DNA of 64,000 nt from an uncultured delta proteobacterium (GTDB lineage: Bacteria; Myxococcota_A; Polyangia; Fen-1088), in contig CAWCMR010000011.1 in NCBI GenBank assembly GCA_963796685.1, positions 96,001 to 160,000 on the forward strand, given 5' to 3'. The notes below the pieces were generated by a model. That model saw only the letters and a program-made list of their open reading frames with translations, was not told the origin of the DNA and did not search any database. Both the position numbers and the translations under genes were made by a program. Position 1 is the stretch's first letter; each line of letters begins with the position of its first letter. This document shows, one piece after another, positions 32,351-42,042 of the stretch.

Positions 32351-34474
32351 ATGGAAGACATGCCCAGGTGCGGGGAACTGGTACCGGTGGCTCTTTTCTT
32401 GCTCGGCCTCTCCGCTTGCTCGAGCCGTGGCGGCAAGCGCGTGGACACGGCCCCCGCGGTCGCGCCTGACGCTACCCCCCTGGCGCGGAGCCTGGTTTTG
32501 GCCGAGGAGCCAAGCCTGCCGGGAGCGCCCATTTCCACGTCCAGCCTGCCTTCACCCCTGACCTTCTGCCCGGAGACCATGCCCCTCGACCTTGGCCTGA
32601 AGGTCATCGAGAAGACCTATGTATGCGGCGAGTTGCTCCACGCCACGGGGAAGCTTTTGGACCTTTGGCGAGATCCCTGGACCGGGCTGCCCTACGACAG
32701 CCTTCCGTGCGGTGGGCCCCACGCGACCAGTCCGACCGGCGCCAACCCGGCCTGGGGCGTGCTTCCGCAGCTGGCCTTTTCCGACCTTTCAGCGTTCGCC
32801 GAGGACGCAACCCGGACGAGCACGACGGTCGACTGGGAATTCGTGGATCGGGCGCCCGACGGCACCCTTCCCAGCCTGCTGTGGGCTTTGAGCATTACCC
32901 TGCGCCTCGATCATGGCGGCAAGTCCGGGGCGCAGAATCTGTTCGGCGGCCTCATGTGGCAGGCCAAGGCCGACGTCAGCCGCTATGCCCAGGTTCGCAT
33001 CCGCTACCGCACCTCGGCGGTCGCGTCGGCCTGGCAGCTCAAGCTCAATTCCGGGACCGCCCGCGCGGTCGAGCCCGCGGTCATCCTTCCCGGCTCGACG
33101 GCCTGGACCGATCGGACCTTCTCCATGGCCACAGACTTTCCAGGCACGGACGCGTCCCATCTCAATTACCTCACCTTCGCGTCGTCCTTCGCGGCCAGCG
33201 GCGCGAATCCGACCCTCTGGATCGACCAGGTCAGCTTCGTGGCCGATCCGTCGCGGCTGGCCGACTGCAAGGTCTCGTGCCCAGCCCCGTTGCCGGCCTA
33301 TCCCGATCTCGCCTGCTTCGAGCCGCAGACCGGGGCGGTCGACATCGCCAATGCCCTGACCTTCCTGAGCGCGGCCTCCGCGGCCGAGTTGCTGGATGAC
33401 GCGACAGCCAAGGCGGGCGCAACCCGCATCCTCGAAAGCCTGGAGTCCTTTCCGGGAGCCCTTCCCGGAGCACGCGCCGATGGCCAGGCCTACGCCGGTG
33501 GGGGATGGTTCCAGGATTGGCACTCGCCGGTGTCTTTGATGCCGAATCCCCGCAACCGAGTGGCGAGCCTGGCCGCCGAGTCCCAACTCGTCGCGGCTCT
33601 GATGGTAGTGGAGACCACGTGGCCGGACCTGGCCGCGCGCGCCACGGCCCAACGCAAAAGGGTGGACCTCTCGGTGCTCTACGACGGTCGTTCTGGTTGT
33701 CCAGGATTGCTGCTGCCCGGCTTGGACCGCTGTGGAGGCCTCGAAACGGATGGGCAAGTGGAGCGCTTCGGCACGGACCATCTCCTGGGCGCGTTCTTGG
33801 CCGAGGCTACCGGCGCGACGCCCCTTTGCTTCTGGACGAGCGGGCTGTCGCGTCGCGGTTGCGCGCTGGCAGGACCGAAGGAGGCGCCTTGGTACGATGC
33901 CGGCGGCCTCTGCGCCAACGCCGCCATCCCGGCCAGCGACGGCGGCGGACCTCGTTTGCAGCTCGCGGGGCTGCTTTATCTTGCGAGCGACCAGATCTCC
34001 ATGGGACCGCTTTCGCTGGAGGCGTCCGCGCGGCACATGCTGCACGCGCAGTATCGATTCGCCCTCGAGAACAACCTGGCCTTGGCGGGATGGTCCGACG
34101 CCTCCGACCCCGACGCTTGCGCCACCCTGTCGTGCTCCGGATTCGCGCCGGACAAGGTCACGCCTTACATCTCAGGCATGGCGGCCTCGGATTCGTTTCC
34201 CGAGGCCTACCACATGCTGCGCGCCTTCCACCTCCTGGGCGCGGACGCGTGCCTCGACACCGGCACCGATGGCATTCCCCTGGGTTTGCACGATGGTTTC
34301 GATCAAGCCGGCGCCCGCGCCCGCGACAGCTACCGCTATCTCGATGCGGGCTGGACCGAGCTTGGCCTCCTCAATGCGTGCAAGGACAACCTGGTTCGGC
34401 GGCGTTTCAGCCAACATCCGGTGGCCAAAGCGGGCTACGGGCGCTTGCAGTCCGGCGTCCTGCCGTGTCCGTAG
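32351..34474 (+). CDS. Lipoprotein with a CBM-like insert and a GH144/glucoamylase-like (alpha/alpha)6 domain
   Basis: Lipobox LSAC; TGLPYD; CBM-like segment ending LWIDQVSF; C-terminal GWSDASDP, GLHDGFD, YRYLDAG...N...VRRRFSQHP. Confidence 0.55.
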   Translation: MEDMPRCGELVPVALFLLGLSACSSRGGKRVDTAPAVAPDATPLARSLVLAEEPSLPGAPISTSSLPSPLTFCPETMPLDLGLKVIEKTYVCGELLHATGKLLDLWRDPWTGLPYDSLPCGGPHATSPTGANPAWGVLPQLAFSDLSAFAEDATRTSTTVDWEFVDRAPDGTLPSLLWALSITLRLDHGGKSGAQNLFGGLMWQAKADVSRYAQVRIRYRTSAVASAWQLKLNSGTARAVEPAVILPGSTAWTDRTFSMATDFPGTDASHLNYLTFASSFAASGANPTLWIDQVSFVADPSRLADCKVSCPAPLPAYPDLACFEPQTGAVDIANALTFLSAASAAELLDDATAKAGATRILESLESFPGALPGARADGQAYAGGGWFQDWHSPVSLMPNPRNRVASLAAESQLVAALMVVETTWPDLAARATAQRKRVDLSVLYDGRSGCPGLLLPGLDRCGGLETDGQVERFGTDHLLGAFLAEATGATPLCFWTSGLSRRGCALAGPKEAPWYDAGGLCANAAIPASDGGGPRLQLAGLLYLASDQISMGPLSLEASARHMLHAQYRFALENNLALAGWSDASDPDACATLSCSGFAPDKVTPYISGMAASDSFPEAYHMLRAFHLLGADACLDTGTDGIPLGLHDGFDQAGARARDSYRYLDAGWTELGLLNACKDNLVRRRFSQHPVAKAGYGRLQSGVLPCP

Positions 34475-34698
34475 CTGAGTCCGTAGCTGCCCAGGGCACC
34501 GGCAGGTCGGGAGGTGAGCTGAAGTGCGGGCTCCATTCTGGAACCTCTCGATTGTGCCCGTAGGTCTCAATTTTCAGTAAACTCCTGCGTGGCTCGCGGC
34601 ACTAAGAGTACGAAGGAGAAGCAGCCTTGGACCTTGTCGCGCACCAGTTCTCCACCCACTTCACCCATGCGAAGATCATCGGTATATATTCCGTGGTC

Positions 34699-35919
34699 AT
34701 GCGCTCCTCGGTTTCCTCGTTGACCGGGTCAAGCTGTGAGCGCGAGAGGGGGCTTGGGGTTGCCTTCCTGCTGCCCATCCTGGTCGCATCAGCCATGGGG
34801 TGCGGACGCATTCCAGGTTTGCTGGATCCGGCGAGACAAGCGCCGACGGACTCGTCCGACCATGGTGACCGTCGCGGAGACGGCGGCCTGGACGCTCCCA
34901 AGACAACCGATACCGCGGCCGGCAGTGGGGGAGCCGCGCGAGATACGAGAGCGGACGGCGCGGGCGGGGTGGTCGGCGCGGGTGGAGCCGCAGGCGCGAC
35001 AACCAGCTGCAGCGGGGTGGTGGCGACGACGGCCACCCGCCAACCTGCCGACGTCCTTCTCGTGCTCGATCGCTCGGGATCGATGAACTACCGAATCGAC
35101 GAAGAGTGCTCCTGCGATCCGACGAGCAACCCGAAAGTCATTTGTGCCGACACGGTGAATTGCCAGACACGTTGGGCAAGCCTGGTGGCAGCGCTCGACA
35201 GCGGACTATCCTCCACGCCATTTCTGCGTTGGGGGCTCAAGCTCTTCTCTTCGCCCAACGGGGGCTCGTGCGATGTCACGAGCAGCATCGAGGTACCCTT
35301 CGGAGACGGCGCAACCAGCGCGATCCAAACCCTGATCGCCACCATTACGCCCGCGGGCGACACGCCGACAGCGGCCGCCATTGCCACGGCGACCGGCTAT
35401 CTCAAAACCCAAACCGACCCTAACAACAAGGTGATTTTGCTCGCCACCGATGGAAAGCCCAACTGTGGAGGGCCCGAGCCGTCCGTCTATGACGAGGACG
35501 TGGCAGGGACCATCGACGCCATCACGGCAGCCATCAACGCAGGATTCCTGGTCTATGTCGTCGGCATAGGCACGGGCACGAGCGCGGACAACTTGGACAG
35601 CTTTGCTCAGGCGGGGGGAACCCAGAATCACTATTCTGCCCAATCGCCGAGTGATCTCACCTTGGCGTTGGATGCAATCAGCAAGGCGGCGACCTGTACC
35701 TACGCGCTCGTCCCGGTGCCGCCCGCCCCCAGTAAGGTCGGGGTCTACCTCGACAAGGACATGGTTCCCCAAGACGCCAGCAACGGTTGGACCTTCGGCG
35801 CGAGCTCGCAGACGGTGATCTTGCACGGCACCTTCTGCGACCAGGCGCTCGACGAGTCGCCCGGTGCTGTCCAAGCCCTCTTCGCCTGCGACGCGCCCCT
35901 GCCAGTGAGTCTACCGTAG
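34699..35919 (+). CDS. vWA-domain Cys-rich lipoprotein (CglB-like)
   Basis: AMGC lipobox; MIDAS DRSGSM, TPT, LATDGKPNC, VYVVGIG. Confidence 0.8.
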   Translation: MRSSVSSLTGSSCERERGLGVAFLLPILVASAMGCGRIPGLLDPARQAPTDSSDHGDRRGDGGLDAPKTTDTAAGSGGAARDTRADGAGGVVGAGGAAGATTSCSGVVATTATRQPADVLLVLDRSGSMNYRIDEECSCDPTSNPKVICADTVNCQTRWASLVAALDSGLSSTPFLRWGLKLFSSPNGGSCDVTSSIEVPFGDGATSAIQTLIATITPAGDTPTAAAIATATGYLKTQTDPNNKVILLATDGKPNCGGPEPSVYDEDVAGTIDAITAAINAGFLVYVVGIGTGTSADNLDSFAQAGGTQNHYSAQSPSDLTLALDAISKAATCTYALVPVPPAPSKVGVYLDKDMVPQDASNGWTFGASSQTVILHGTFCDQALDESPGAVQALFACDAPLPVSLP

Positions 35920-36098
35920 TCGTGAAGCCCCCGGCCCTGGTTGTCCCACAGGAACGACCAGGGCCTCGCACCATCAGCCGATCGGGGCGCGTGGTACGAC
36001 GGGCCGATACGGGACCGGTTGTTCGACGGCCCCACCGCGCCTTCGCGACCTTGCGCAGCCGCTGCGTTCGTCGTAGTCTTACCGGTAGGAGTATTACC

Positions 36099-36332
36099 AT
36101 GCGGGTCACGTCGAAAGGCCAAGTGACAATCCCGATCGCGGTCCGCGATAGGCTCGGCATCTTGCCGCATACCGAAGTCGACTTCGAGGTGCACGGGAAT
36201 ACCGTGCGACTTGTGAAGGCCGCCGCGAGAGGTGCGACCGGCAGAGGGGCCAGCGTCGTGGCGCGGCTGCGGGGCAGTGCAGAGGTGAAGATGAGCACCG
36301 ACGATATTCTCGCACTGACGCGGCAGCCCTGA
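36099..36332 (+). CDS. vapB: AbrB/MazE-family antitoxin
   Basis: MRVTSKGQVTIPIAVRDRLG; near-palindrome CTTACCGGTAGG just upstream. Confidence 0.9.
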   Translation: MRVTSKGQVTIPIAVRDRLGILPHTEVDFEVHGNTVRLVKAAARGATGRGASVVARLRGSAEVKMSTDDILALTRQP

Positions 36333-36739
36333 TGAAGCCCACGCTGGTGGACAGCAACATCCTTCTCGATGTTGCGACAGGCGACCCGACCTGGGCGGAC
36401 TGGTCATCACAAGCCCTCGAAGCAGCGGCGAACGAGTCGCCTTTGGTGATCAACGCGCTCATCTACGCGGAGGTGTCGATCGGCTACGAAAGGATCGAGC
36501 AACTCGAGCAGGCGATTCCCAGTAACACCTTTCGGAGGGAACCACTGCCCTATGAGGCGGCCTTTTTGGCAGGCAAGGCGTTCCTGAAGTATCGTCGTCG
36601 CGGCGGCCAGCGAACGTCCCCGCTGCCGGACTTCTACATCGGCGCGCACGCCGCGGTTTCGAGCTTCCGCATCTTGACGAGGGACCCTCGGCGGTATCGG
36701 ACGTACTTCCCGACCGTGGACGTCATCTCACCCAAGTAG
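36332..36739 (+). CDS. vapC: PIN-domain toxin
   Basis: LVDSNILLD, IYAEVS, LPDFYIGAHA, LTRD. Confidence 0.93.
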   Translation: MKPTLVDSNILLDVATGDPTWADWSSQALEAAANESPLVINALIYAEVSIGYERIEQLEQAIPSNTFRREPLPYEAAFLAGKAFLKYRRRGGQRTSPLPDFYIGAHAAVSSFRILTRDPRRYRTYFPTVDVISPK

Positions 36740-36826
36740 GCCCGTCGAACGGCTTGCCGTTCACCGGGGCAGAGGGCAAGGTCGCATGTCGGACACGCCC
36801 GACGAACTGCTGCACTATGCGGAGGG

Positions 36827-37918
36827 TCAGGTCCCTTGCTTCTTGCTTTGCCACCACGCGATCCAGCGCTGGCGCGCCTCTTCGCGGTCGCGCTCGGGAA
36901 GGTCGTAGTGGTAGCCGAAGTACTCGCCGGAGATCTCGTACAGCTCGTTGGAGGCGAGCAGGCGCAGCTCGGGATCGCGGCTGGCCAGGGCTTCGAGAAG
37001 CCATTCCGTGCGCGAGAGGCTTCCCATCTTGGCCCACCAATCCTGCCAGCGTTTGGCCTTCATGCCCACGTCCTCGCAGCTCAGGGCCACCAGCGCGGCG
37101 TGCGCCGCCGTCGCGATGCCGAGATCCTCGGCCTCCAGGATTTCGGCGATGGCGGGAACAGCGTTCTTGTCGCGCAATTCGGCCAGGGCGCGTAGCGCAC
37201 CCGTGGCGACGACGGCGTCGCCTGTTTCCGCCTTCCTCTCCAGGGCGCGCCGAAAGGCGATCACGCGCGGGTCGTGAAGGCGTCGGGATAGGCGTCGCAG
37301 GGCCGTCCGTCGCGCGCTCTCGTTGCCCAGGCGCGCGGCGGCCAGCAGGGTCTCCACCGGATCGACCCCTCCCGCCATGACCGGCGTGGGCGTGCGCATG
37401 TCGCGCGCACTGTCGCCGGCCACGGCGCGCGCTTTGTCGGTGCCGACCAGCTTCGCCAGCAGGGACAGATAGCGCGGCGGCATGGGTACGTCGTACAGGG
37501 CGTGCACGTGGGCGCGAAAGCGCACCTCGCACACCAGAGCCGGCTCGATGAGCAGCATGCGCTCCGCGGCCCAGGCCACCAACGCGTCGTGATCGTGCTC
37601 CGGCCGGACCAACACATCGAGCACATCGCCTTGCTTGGTCCGGGGTACGGCGCCCAGCTTCTGCGCCGTGGCGCCATCCATCCATGCACTCGCTGCCCGA
37701 TCCGGTCTCGCTGCGAGCATGCCCGGGGACGCCAGCGGGATCCCGATGAGCTCGGCCAGGTGACTGGTCAGCGTCTCCTCGTCGGTGGCGCGCAACTCCA
37801 GCAGTGCGCTGTCGAGGCCGCCGCCGTAGAGTTTCTTGCGCTGCTCTGCCTGCGCCGCAGCGTCGCGCGTGATCACTCCGCGGCGAACGAGGGCCTGGGC
37901 GATTTCGGACAGGGGCAT
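36827..37918 (-). CDS. GspE-N/MshEN-like domain plus HEAT-repeat protein
   Basis: IAQALVRRGVIT...GGGLDSALLEL (degenerate MshEN), AQKLGAVP, HEAT-like helices and WQDWW. Confidence 0.65.
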   Translation of the reverse strand: MPLSEIAQALVRRGVITRDAAAQAEQRKKLYGGGLDSALLELRATDEETLTSHLAELIGIPLASPGMLAARPDRAASAWMDGATAQKLGAVPRTKQGDVLDVLVRPEHDHDALVAWAAERMLLIEPALVCEVRFRAHVHALYDVPMPPRYLSLLAKLVGTDKARAVAGDSARDMRTPTPVMAGGVDPVETLLAAARLGNESARRTALRRLSRRLHDPRVIAFRRALERKAETGDAVVATGALRALAELRDKNAVPAIAEILEAEDLGIATAAHAALVALSCEDVGMKAKRWQDWWAKMGSLSRTEWLLEALASRDPELRLLASNELYEISGEYFGYHYDLPERDREEARQRWIAWWQSKKQGT

Positions 37919-37943
37919 GGCGGCTGATCCCGGCGCATCGCCG

Positions 37944-38528
37944 TCATCGTTCGTCGAGGATGACGTAGGTGCCCGACAGGTGGTCGTGCAGGGCGCGGCG
38001 TTCGCGATCGAAAATGCACCACAGGAAACCCAGGCCGGCCAGGCCCAGCGAGAGCACCATGGCGAGGAAGCGCACACAGGCGACGAGCGGTCCCGGGGCT
38101 TGCCCGCGCGAGGAAATCACGCGCAAACCGAGCAGCCGCTTGCCCGGCGTCTGGCCGAGGACGCCACCCAAGTAGATTTGGTAGAGCGCGCTCAATCCGA
38201 AGAGCAGGCCGACCGCGCCCGCGGCCATGGGGTTGCGATCGAGCAGGCCCGCCATGACGAAGTCGGGACCGAATTCCTTGGCCGTGGGCAAGTGAACGCC
38301 GAGCACGAGCGCCGCACCCACCGTCACCGCCACCGCAATCGTCAGGACGAGCGTCAGGTCGACGAGGGAAGCCAGCAAGCGCCGCGGAAATCCCGCGGCT
38401 CGCACGCGCAGCACCTGCGTTTCTCGGCTGTGCATCTTGGCGCCACTCGATACCGCCCGCACGGGAACGCCCGTTCCCACGGATTCGCTCTGGATTCCCG
38501 TCTCGACGACGGCCGCGTAGCTAGTCAC
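37944..38528 (-). CDS. RDD-family membrane protein
   Basis: AGFPRRLLASLVD, GQTPGKRLLGLRV, RRALHDHLSGT. Confidence 0.9.
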   Translation of the reverse strand: MTSYAAVVETGIQSESVGTGVPVRAVSSGAKMHSRETQVLRVRAAGFPRRLLASLVDLTLVLTIAVAVTVGAALVLGVHLPTAKEFGPDFVMAGLLDRNPMAAGAVGLLFGLSALYQIYLGGVLGQTPGKRLLGLRVISSRGQAPGPLVACVRFLAMVLSLGLAGLGFLWCIFDRERRALHDHLSGTYVILDER

Positions 38529-38593
38529 CTGCCCATTTTGCGAAGGCCGGCCTCCGGCCGCAAGTTTATTGGTTCATTGTCTTGGAAACCCAG

Positions 38594-39316
38594 CTAATCC
38601 AGCCCGCCGGCAGCGGCCTGGGCCAGGGCCACGGCCACCATGGCGGCCGTCTCCGCGCGCAAGATACGCGGGCCGATGGAAACGGGCAGGAAACCAGCCT
38701 CGACGGCAACGCCCACCTCGGCATGGGAAAATCCGCCCTCGGGTCCGACGAGCAGCACGGCCCTTTTCGGGCCGCCAGCGAGCGCGGCGCGGAAAGGTCG
38801 GGTTCTCTCGCCTTCCCACAGCATGAAGCGGTCGCCTTCCGTGCTCGCGACCTTCGCCAGGGCAGGGGCCAAGGCGAGGCAATCGAGGATCTCGGGAACA
38901 TCGGCGCGGCCGCACTGCCGGGCCGCTTCTTCGGCGATGGTGCGCCAGCGCTGGCTGCGGTTGGCCGGCGGGTTGACCATGCCGTACTCGGAAAGCACGG
39001 GCACGATGCGCGCCACCCCAAGCTCGGTGGTCTTTTGCACGATGAAATCCATGCGCTCGCCCCGCGGCAGCGATTGCAGCAAGGTGATGGCGCAGGCGGG
39101 CCCGGGAACCTGAAAACGCTCGCCGAGGGAAATCTCGACCGACGCCTTGCCCACGGCTTCGATGCGCGCCTCGATGACGGTCCCTGTACCATCGAAGACC
39201 TGGAGCGCCGCCCCGGGCGCGAGGCGCAGCACCTTGATCAAGTGGCGGTGGGCGGCATCGTCGATGGTGGCGCGGGCGCCTTGCAGCTTCTCCGGGGTGA
39301 CGTAGAGGCGAACCAT
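38594..39316 (-). CDS. rsmE: 16S rRNA m3U1498 methyltransferase
   Basis: HLIKVLRL, QKTTELGV, EAARQCGR, VGPEGGF, RILRAETA. Confidence 0.95.
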   Translation of the reverse strand: MVRLYVTPEKLQGARATIDDAAHRHLIKVLRLAPGAALQVFDGTGTVIEARIEAVGKASVEISLGERFQVPGPACAITLLQSLPRGERMDFIVQKTTELGVARIVPVLSEYGMVNPPANRSQRWRTIAEEAARQCGRADVPEILDCLALAPALAKVASTEGDRFMLWEGERTRPFRAALAGGPKRAVLLVGPEGGFSHAEVGVAVEAGFLPVSIGPRILRAETAAMVAVALAQAAAGGLD

Positions 39317-39323
39317 GCTCGCT

Positions 39324-40253
39324 CTAACCTGCGCTTGCCCTGCCGAGCAGCAGGCCGGTCCACTCGCCTTCGTTTTGCCGCGCGTCCAAGGCCAAGCCGG
39401 TGGCAGCGTAGGCGGCCAGGACCTCGTCCGCCTGCTCGCACAGAATGCCGGAGAGGATGACGCGGCCGCGGGATGCCAGCTTGGCCGCCATGGCGGGCGC
39501 CAAGTCGCACAGCACGTCGGCCTGGATATTGGCCAAGATGACATCGAAGCTTGCCTCGGCCTTGTCCAGCGTGCCGGTCGTCAGGGCGACGGTGGTCACG
39601 TGGTTGCGCTCGAAGTTCTCCTGGCTGCACTCGGTGGCTTCGGGGTCGTTGTCGATGGCCAGCCCGGCTGCCTCGGGCCACAGCCGCGTGGCCACGATGG
39701 ACAGGATTCCCGAGCCACAGCCGAGATCGAGAAAGCGCGCGATGCGGGGAACGGCCTCGTTGACCTTTTCGGCCAAGGCGATGGCCAACCTCGTCGAGGG
39801 ATGGGCGCCCGTGCCGAACGCCCGCCCCGGATCCAAGTCGATGACGAGCTCGCCCGCAGGGGCCGGACCGGGATCCCAACTCGGACGAACCGTGAAGCGG
39901 CGGCCGACACGCGTGGCGCGAAAAAACTGCTTCCAAACGTCCCGCCACTCGCTTTCGTCGGCCTGGCGCTCGCGGACGACCACCGGATCGACGGACAGGC
40001 CCGACGCGCGCGCGGTGGCCAGCGCATCGTGCGCGCTGGCCAGCACGAGCTCGCGATCCTCGGGCTTGCACAGCGCAATCACGGCGGTGCGGCCGGGCGC
40101 AACGGAAAGCAGGGTTCCGGCATCGCGCAGCTCCACGCCTCCGACCAGGGGCCCGACCTCGGCCGCCAGCACCTCGGCGGCCTCGGCCTGCGTCTCGAGC
40201 TGGATTTCGATCCAGTACCGCTGCCGGGTCGATGGCTCGGATCCTTCAGACAT
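39324..40253 (-). CDS. prmA: Ribosomal protein L11 methyltransferase
   Basis: WKQFF, LDPGRAFGTGAHPST, LDLGCGSGILS, ANI, ILSGIL. Confidence 0.95.
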   Translation of the reverse strand: MSEGSEPSTRQRYWIEIQLETQAEAAEVLAAEVGPLVGGVELRDAGTLLSVAPGRTAVIALCKPEDRELVLASAHDALATARASGLSVDPVVVRERQADESEWRDVWKQFFRATRVGRRFTVRPSWDPGPAPAGELVIDLDPGRAFGTGAHPSTRLAIALAEKVNEAVPRIARFLDLGCGSGILSIVATRLWPEAAGLAIDNDPEATECSQENFERNHVTTVALTTGTLDKAEASFDVILANIQADVLCDLAPAMAAKLASRGRVILSGILCEQADEVLAAYAATGLALDARQNEGEWTGLLLGRASAG

Positions 40254-40263
40254 GAAACGTGAC

Positions 40264-40340
40264 GGCCCCTCACCCGCTTCGCTGCGCTCAGCGACCTCTC
40301 CCCGCTTCGCTCCGCTGCGCGGGGCGAGGCGGGTGAGGGT
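40264..40340. repeat. Single REP-like element
   Basis: GGCCCCTCACCCGC...CCTCTCCCCGC...GCGGGGCGAGGCGGGTGAGGG. Confidence 0.85.
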
Positions 40341-40347
40341 CAGACGG

Positions 40348-40563
40348 TCAGCGGATCACGCGCCTCTTGGCCTCGCGCCTACGCCGCTTGCGCGCCTCGC
40401 GGATCTTTCGCTTGCGCTTGACCGAAGGCTTCTCGTGGTACCTGCGGCGCTTGATCTCCTGCAGGATGCCCTCTTTCGACATCTTCTGCTTCAGGATCTT
40501 CATCGCTTTTTCGATGGAATCCCGAACTTCTACTTCGAGGGGGCGTCCGAGCAGTGTCTCCAA
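40348..40563 (-). CDS. rpsU: 30S ribosomal protein S21
   Basis: SIEKAMKILKQK..EGIL.EIKRRRYHEKPSVKRKRK; TTG start after GGAGG. Confidence 0.93.
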   Translation of the reverse strand: METLLGRPLEVEVRDSIEKAMKILKQKMSKEGILQEIKRRRYHEKPSVKRKRKIREARKRRRREAKRRVIR

Positions 40564-40603
40564 GCAATCCTCCAGGTGGGGCGGTCGAATTTGTGAAGGG
40601 TGA

Positions 40604-40633
40604 GTATTAACCACTAGAGATGCTCTCGGTCAA
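40604..40633 (-). promoter_or_regulatory. Possible sigma70 promoter of rpsU-prmA-rsmE
   Basis: TTGACC-18 nt-TAATAC on the minus strand in an AT-richer intergenic region. Confidence 0.4.
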
Positions 40634-40800
40634 GGCTCGTCTAGCGGGGACGGCGCGTTAGCGAAAAACTTTACCGTATCGCAGATTACCAAAAAAAATG
40701 TTTACCTTTTCACTTTTGCATCGTATTCCAATAAGCAAGCAGGTTGTGAGAGAGCCTCGCGTACAGCGTTCTGTAGGACAGTTCGGAAGGAGAAGCGCCA

Positions 40801-40983
40801 ATGATGGGGGCAAAGGTATTTACGGCTACCAAGGCGAAGGATCGCGATGAGCTCGGGGAGGTTCTGACACGGTGGATTCACGACAATCCCAAGGCTCGGA
40901 TCATCGACAAGGTCGTGACCCAGAGCTCGGATCGAGAGTTCCATTGTCTCAGCATCACCATCTTCTACGAGATGCAGCCCTAG
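40801..40983 (+). CDS. Small conserved hypothetical protein (60 aa)
   Basis: AGGAG RBS; KVFTATKAKDRDELGE...VTQSSDREFHCLSITIFY, recalled as a small myxobacterial family. Confidence 0.75.
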   Translation: MMGAKVFTATKAKDRDELGEVLTRWIHDNPKARIIDKVVTQSSDREFHCLSITIFYEMQP

Positions 40984-41143
40984 CCAGGTCGGCGGCAGGT
41001 CGATAGTTTCCTGAGGTAAGCAACGGGCAGCACCGTGCCGGACGGTGCTGCCGGTGGCGTGGTGCTCTCTGTGGCGGTGTCACGGCGGATGGCTTCACCG
41101 TCGTAGGTGCGGTTGCACACGCGTCCATGCCATACTCACGCCG

Positions 41144-41998
41144 ATGCGATTCGGTTTCCTGGTCAGGCAGGGCAATCCCGAGGCCGAGAGTCTCGCGGCC
41201 GGATTGGCGAATCTGCTCGACGGGCAAGGCGCGCAGGTCCTGTTCGTCTCGGACCACGGGCAGGGTGCGCCGGCCGGTTATCCATCCGTGCCGGGCGCGG
41301 ACATCGGGGCGCGCATTGACGCCATGGTCGCGCTTGGTGGCGACGGTACCTTCCTCTACGGTGCCAAGCTGGTCGCCGACCACGATGTCCCGTTGCTCGG
41401 CCTCAACCTGGGCAGCCTGGGATTCCTCACCCCCTATGCCATCAGCGAGGCCAGCGCCGCTCTCGTCGCGGCCGCCCAGGGGCGCCTACCGGTCGAAGAG
41501 CGCATGCGCCTGCTCGTCACCTTGCACGCCAAGGACAAACCCGCCGAGAGTCAGAGCGCGCTCAACGAAGCCGTCATCAACCAGCGCGAGGTCGCGCGCT
41601 TGATGGATCTCCTGGCCACCACCAACGGCGACACCATCACGACCTACAAGGCCGACGGGCTCATCCTTTGCACCCCCACCGGATCGACCGCCTACAACCT
41701 CTCGGCGGGTGGCCCCATCTTGAGCCCCGATCTCGAGGCCATCATGCTCACGCCCATCTGTCCCCACACCTTGTCCAACCGGCCGCTGGTGGTGCGCGCG
41801 GACATGGGCGTCACGGTGACCAATGTCTCGCGCTACCAGGGCGTGCTGACCGTCGACGGACACTGGAGCCGCGAGGTGATGCCCGGCGATGTGGTCGAGG
41901 TTCGCAAGATGGAGCGGCGCCTGCGGGTGTTTCGCCCCGGCCATTCCTTCTTCAAGATCCTGCGCCAGAAGCTTTCGTGGGGAGAGCGCAAGGCCTGA
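41144..41998 (+). CDS. nadK: NAD kinase
   Basis: [41 protein letters not shown]. Confidence 0.96.
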   Translation: MRFGFLVRQGNPEAESLAAGLANLLDGQGAQVLFVSDHGQGAPAGYPSVPGADIGARIDAMVALGGDGTFLYGAKLVADHDVPLLGLNLGSLGFLTPYAISEASAALVAAAQGRLPVEERMRLLVTLHAKDKPAESQSALNEAVINQREVARLMDLLATTNGDTITTYKADGLILCTPTGSTAYNLSAGGPILSPDLEAIMLTPICPHTLSNRPLVVRADMGVTVTNVSRYQGVLTVDGHWSREVMPGDVVEVRKMERRLRVFRPGHSFFKILRQKLSWGERKA

Positions 41999-42042
41999 CC
42001 CGAGCGCGCAACTTCAACCGCCCCCTTGCCGACAAAGACACC

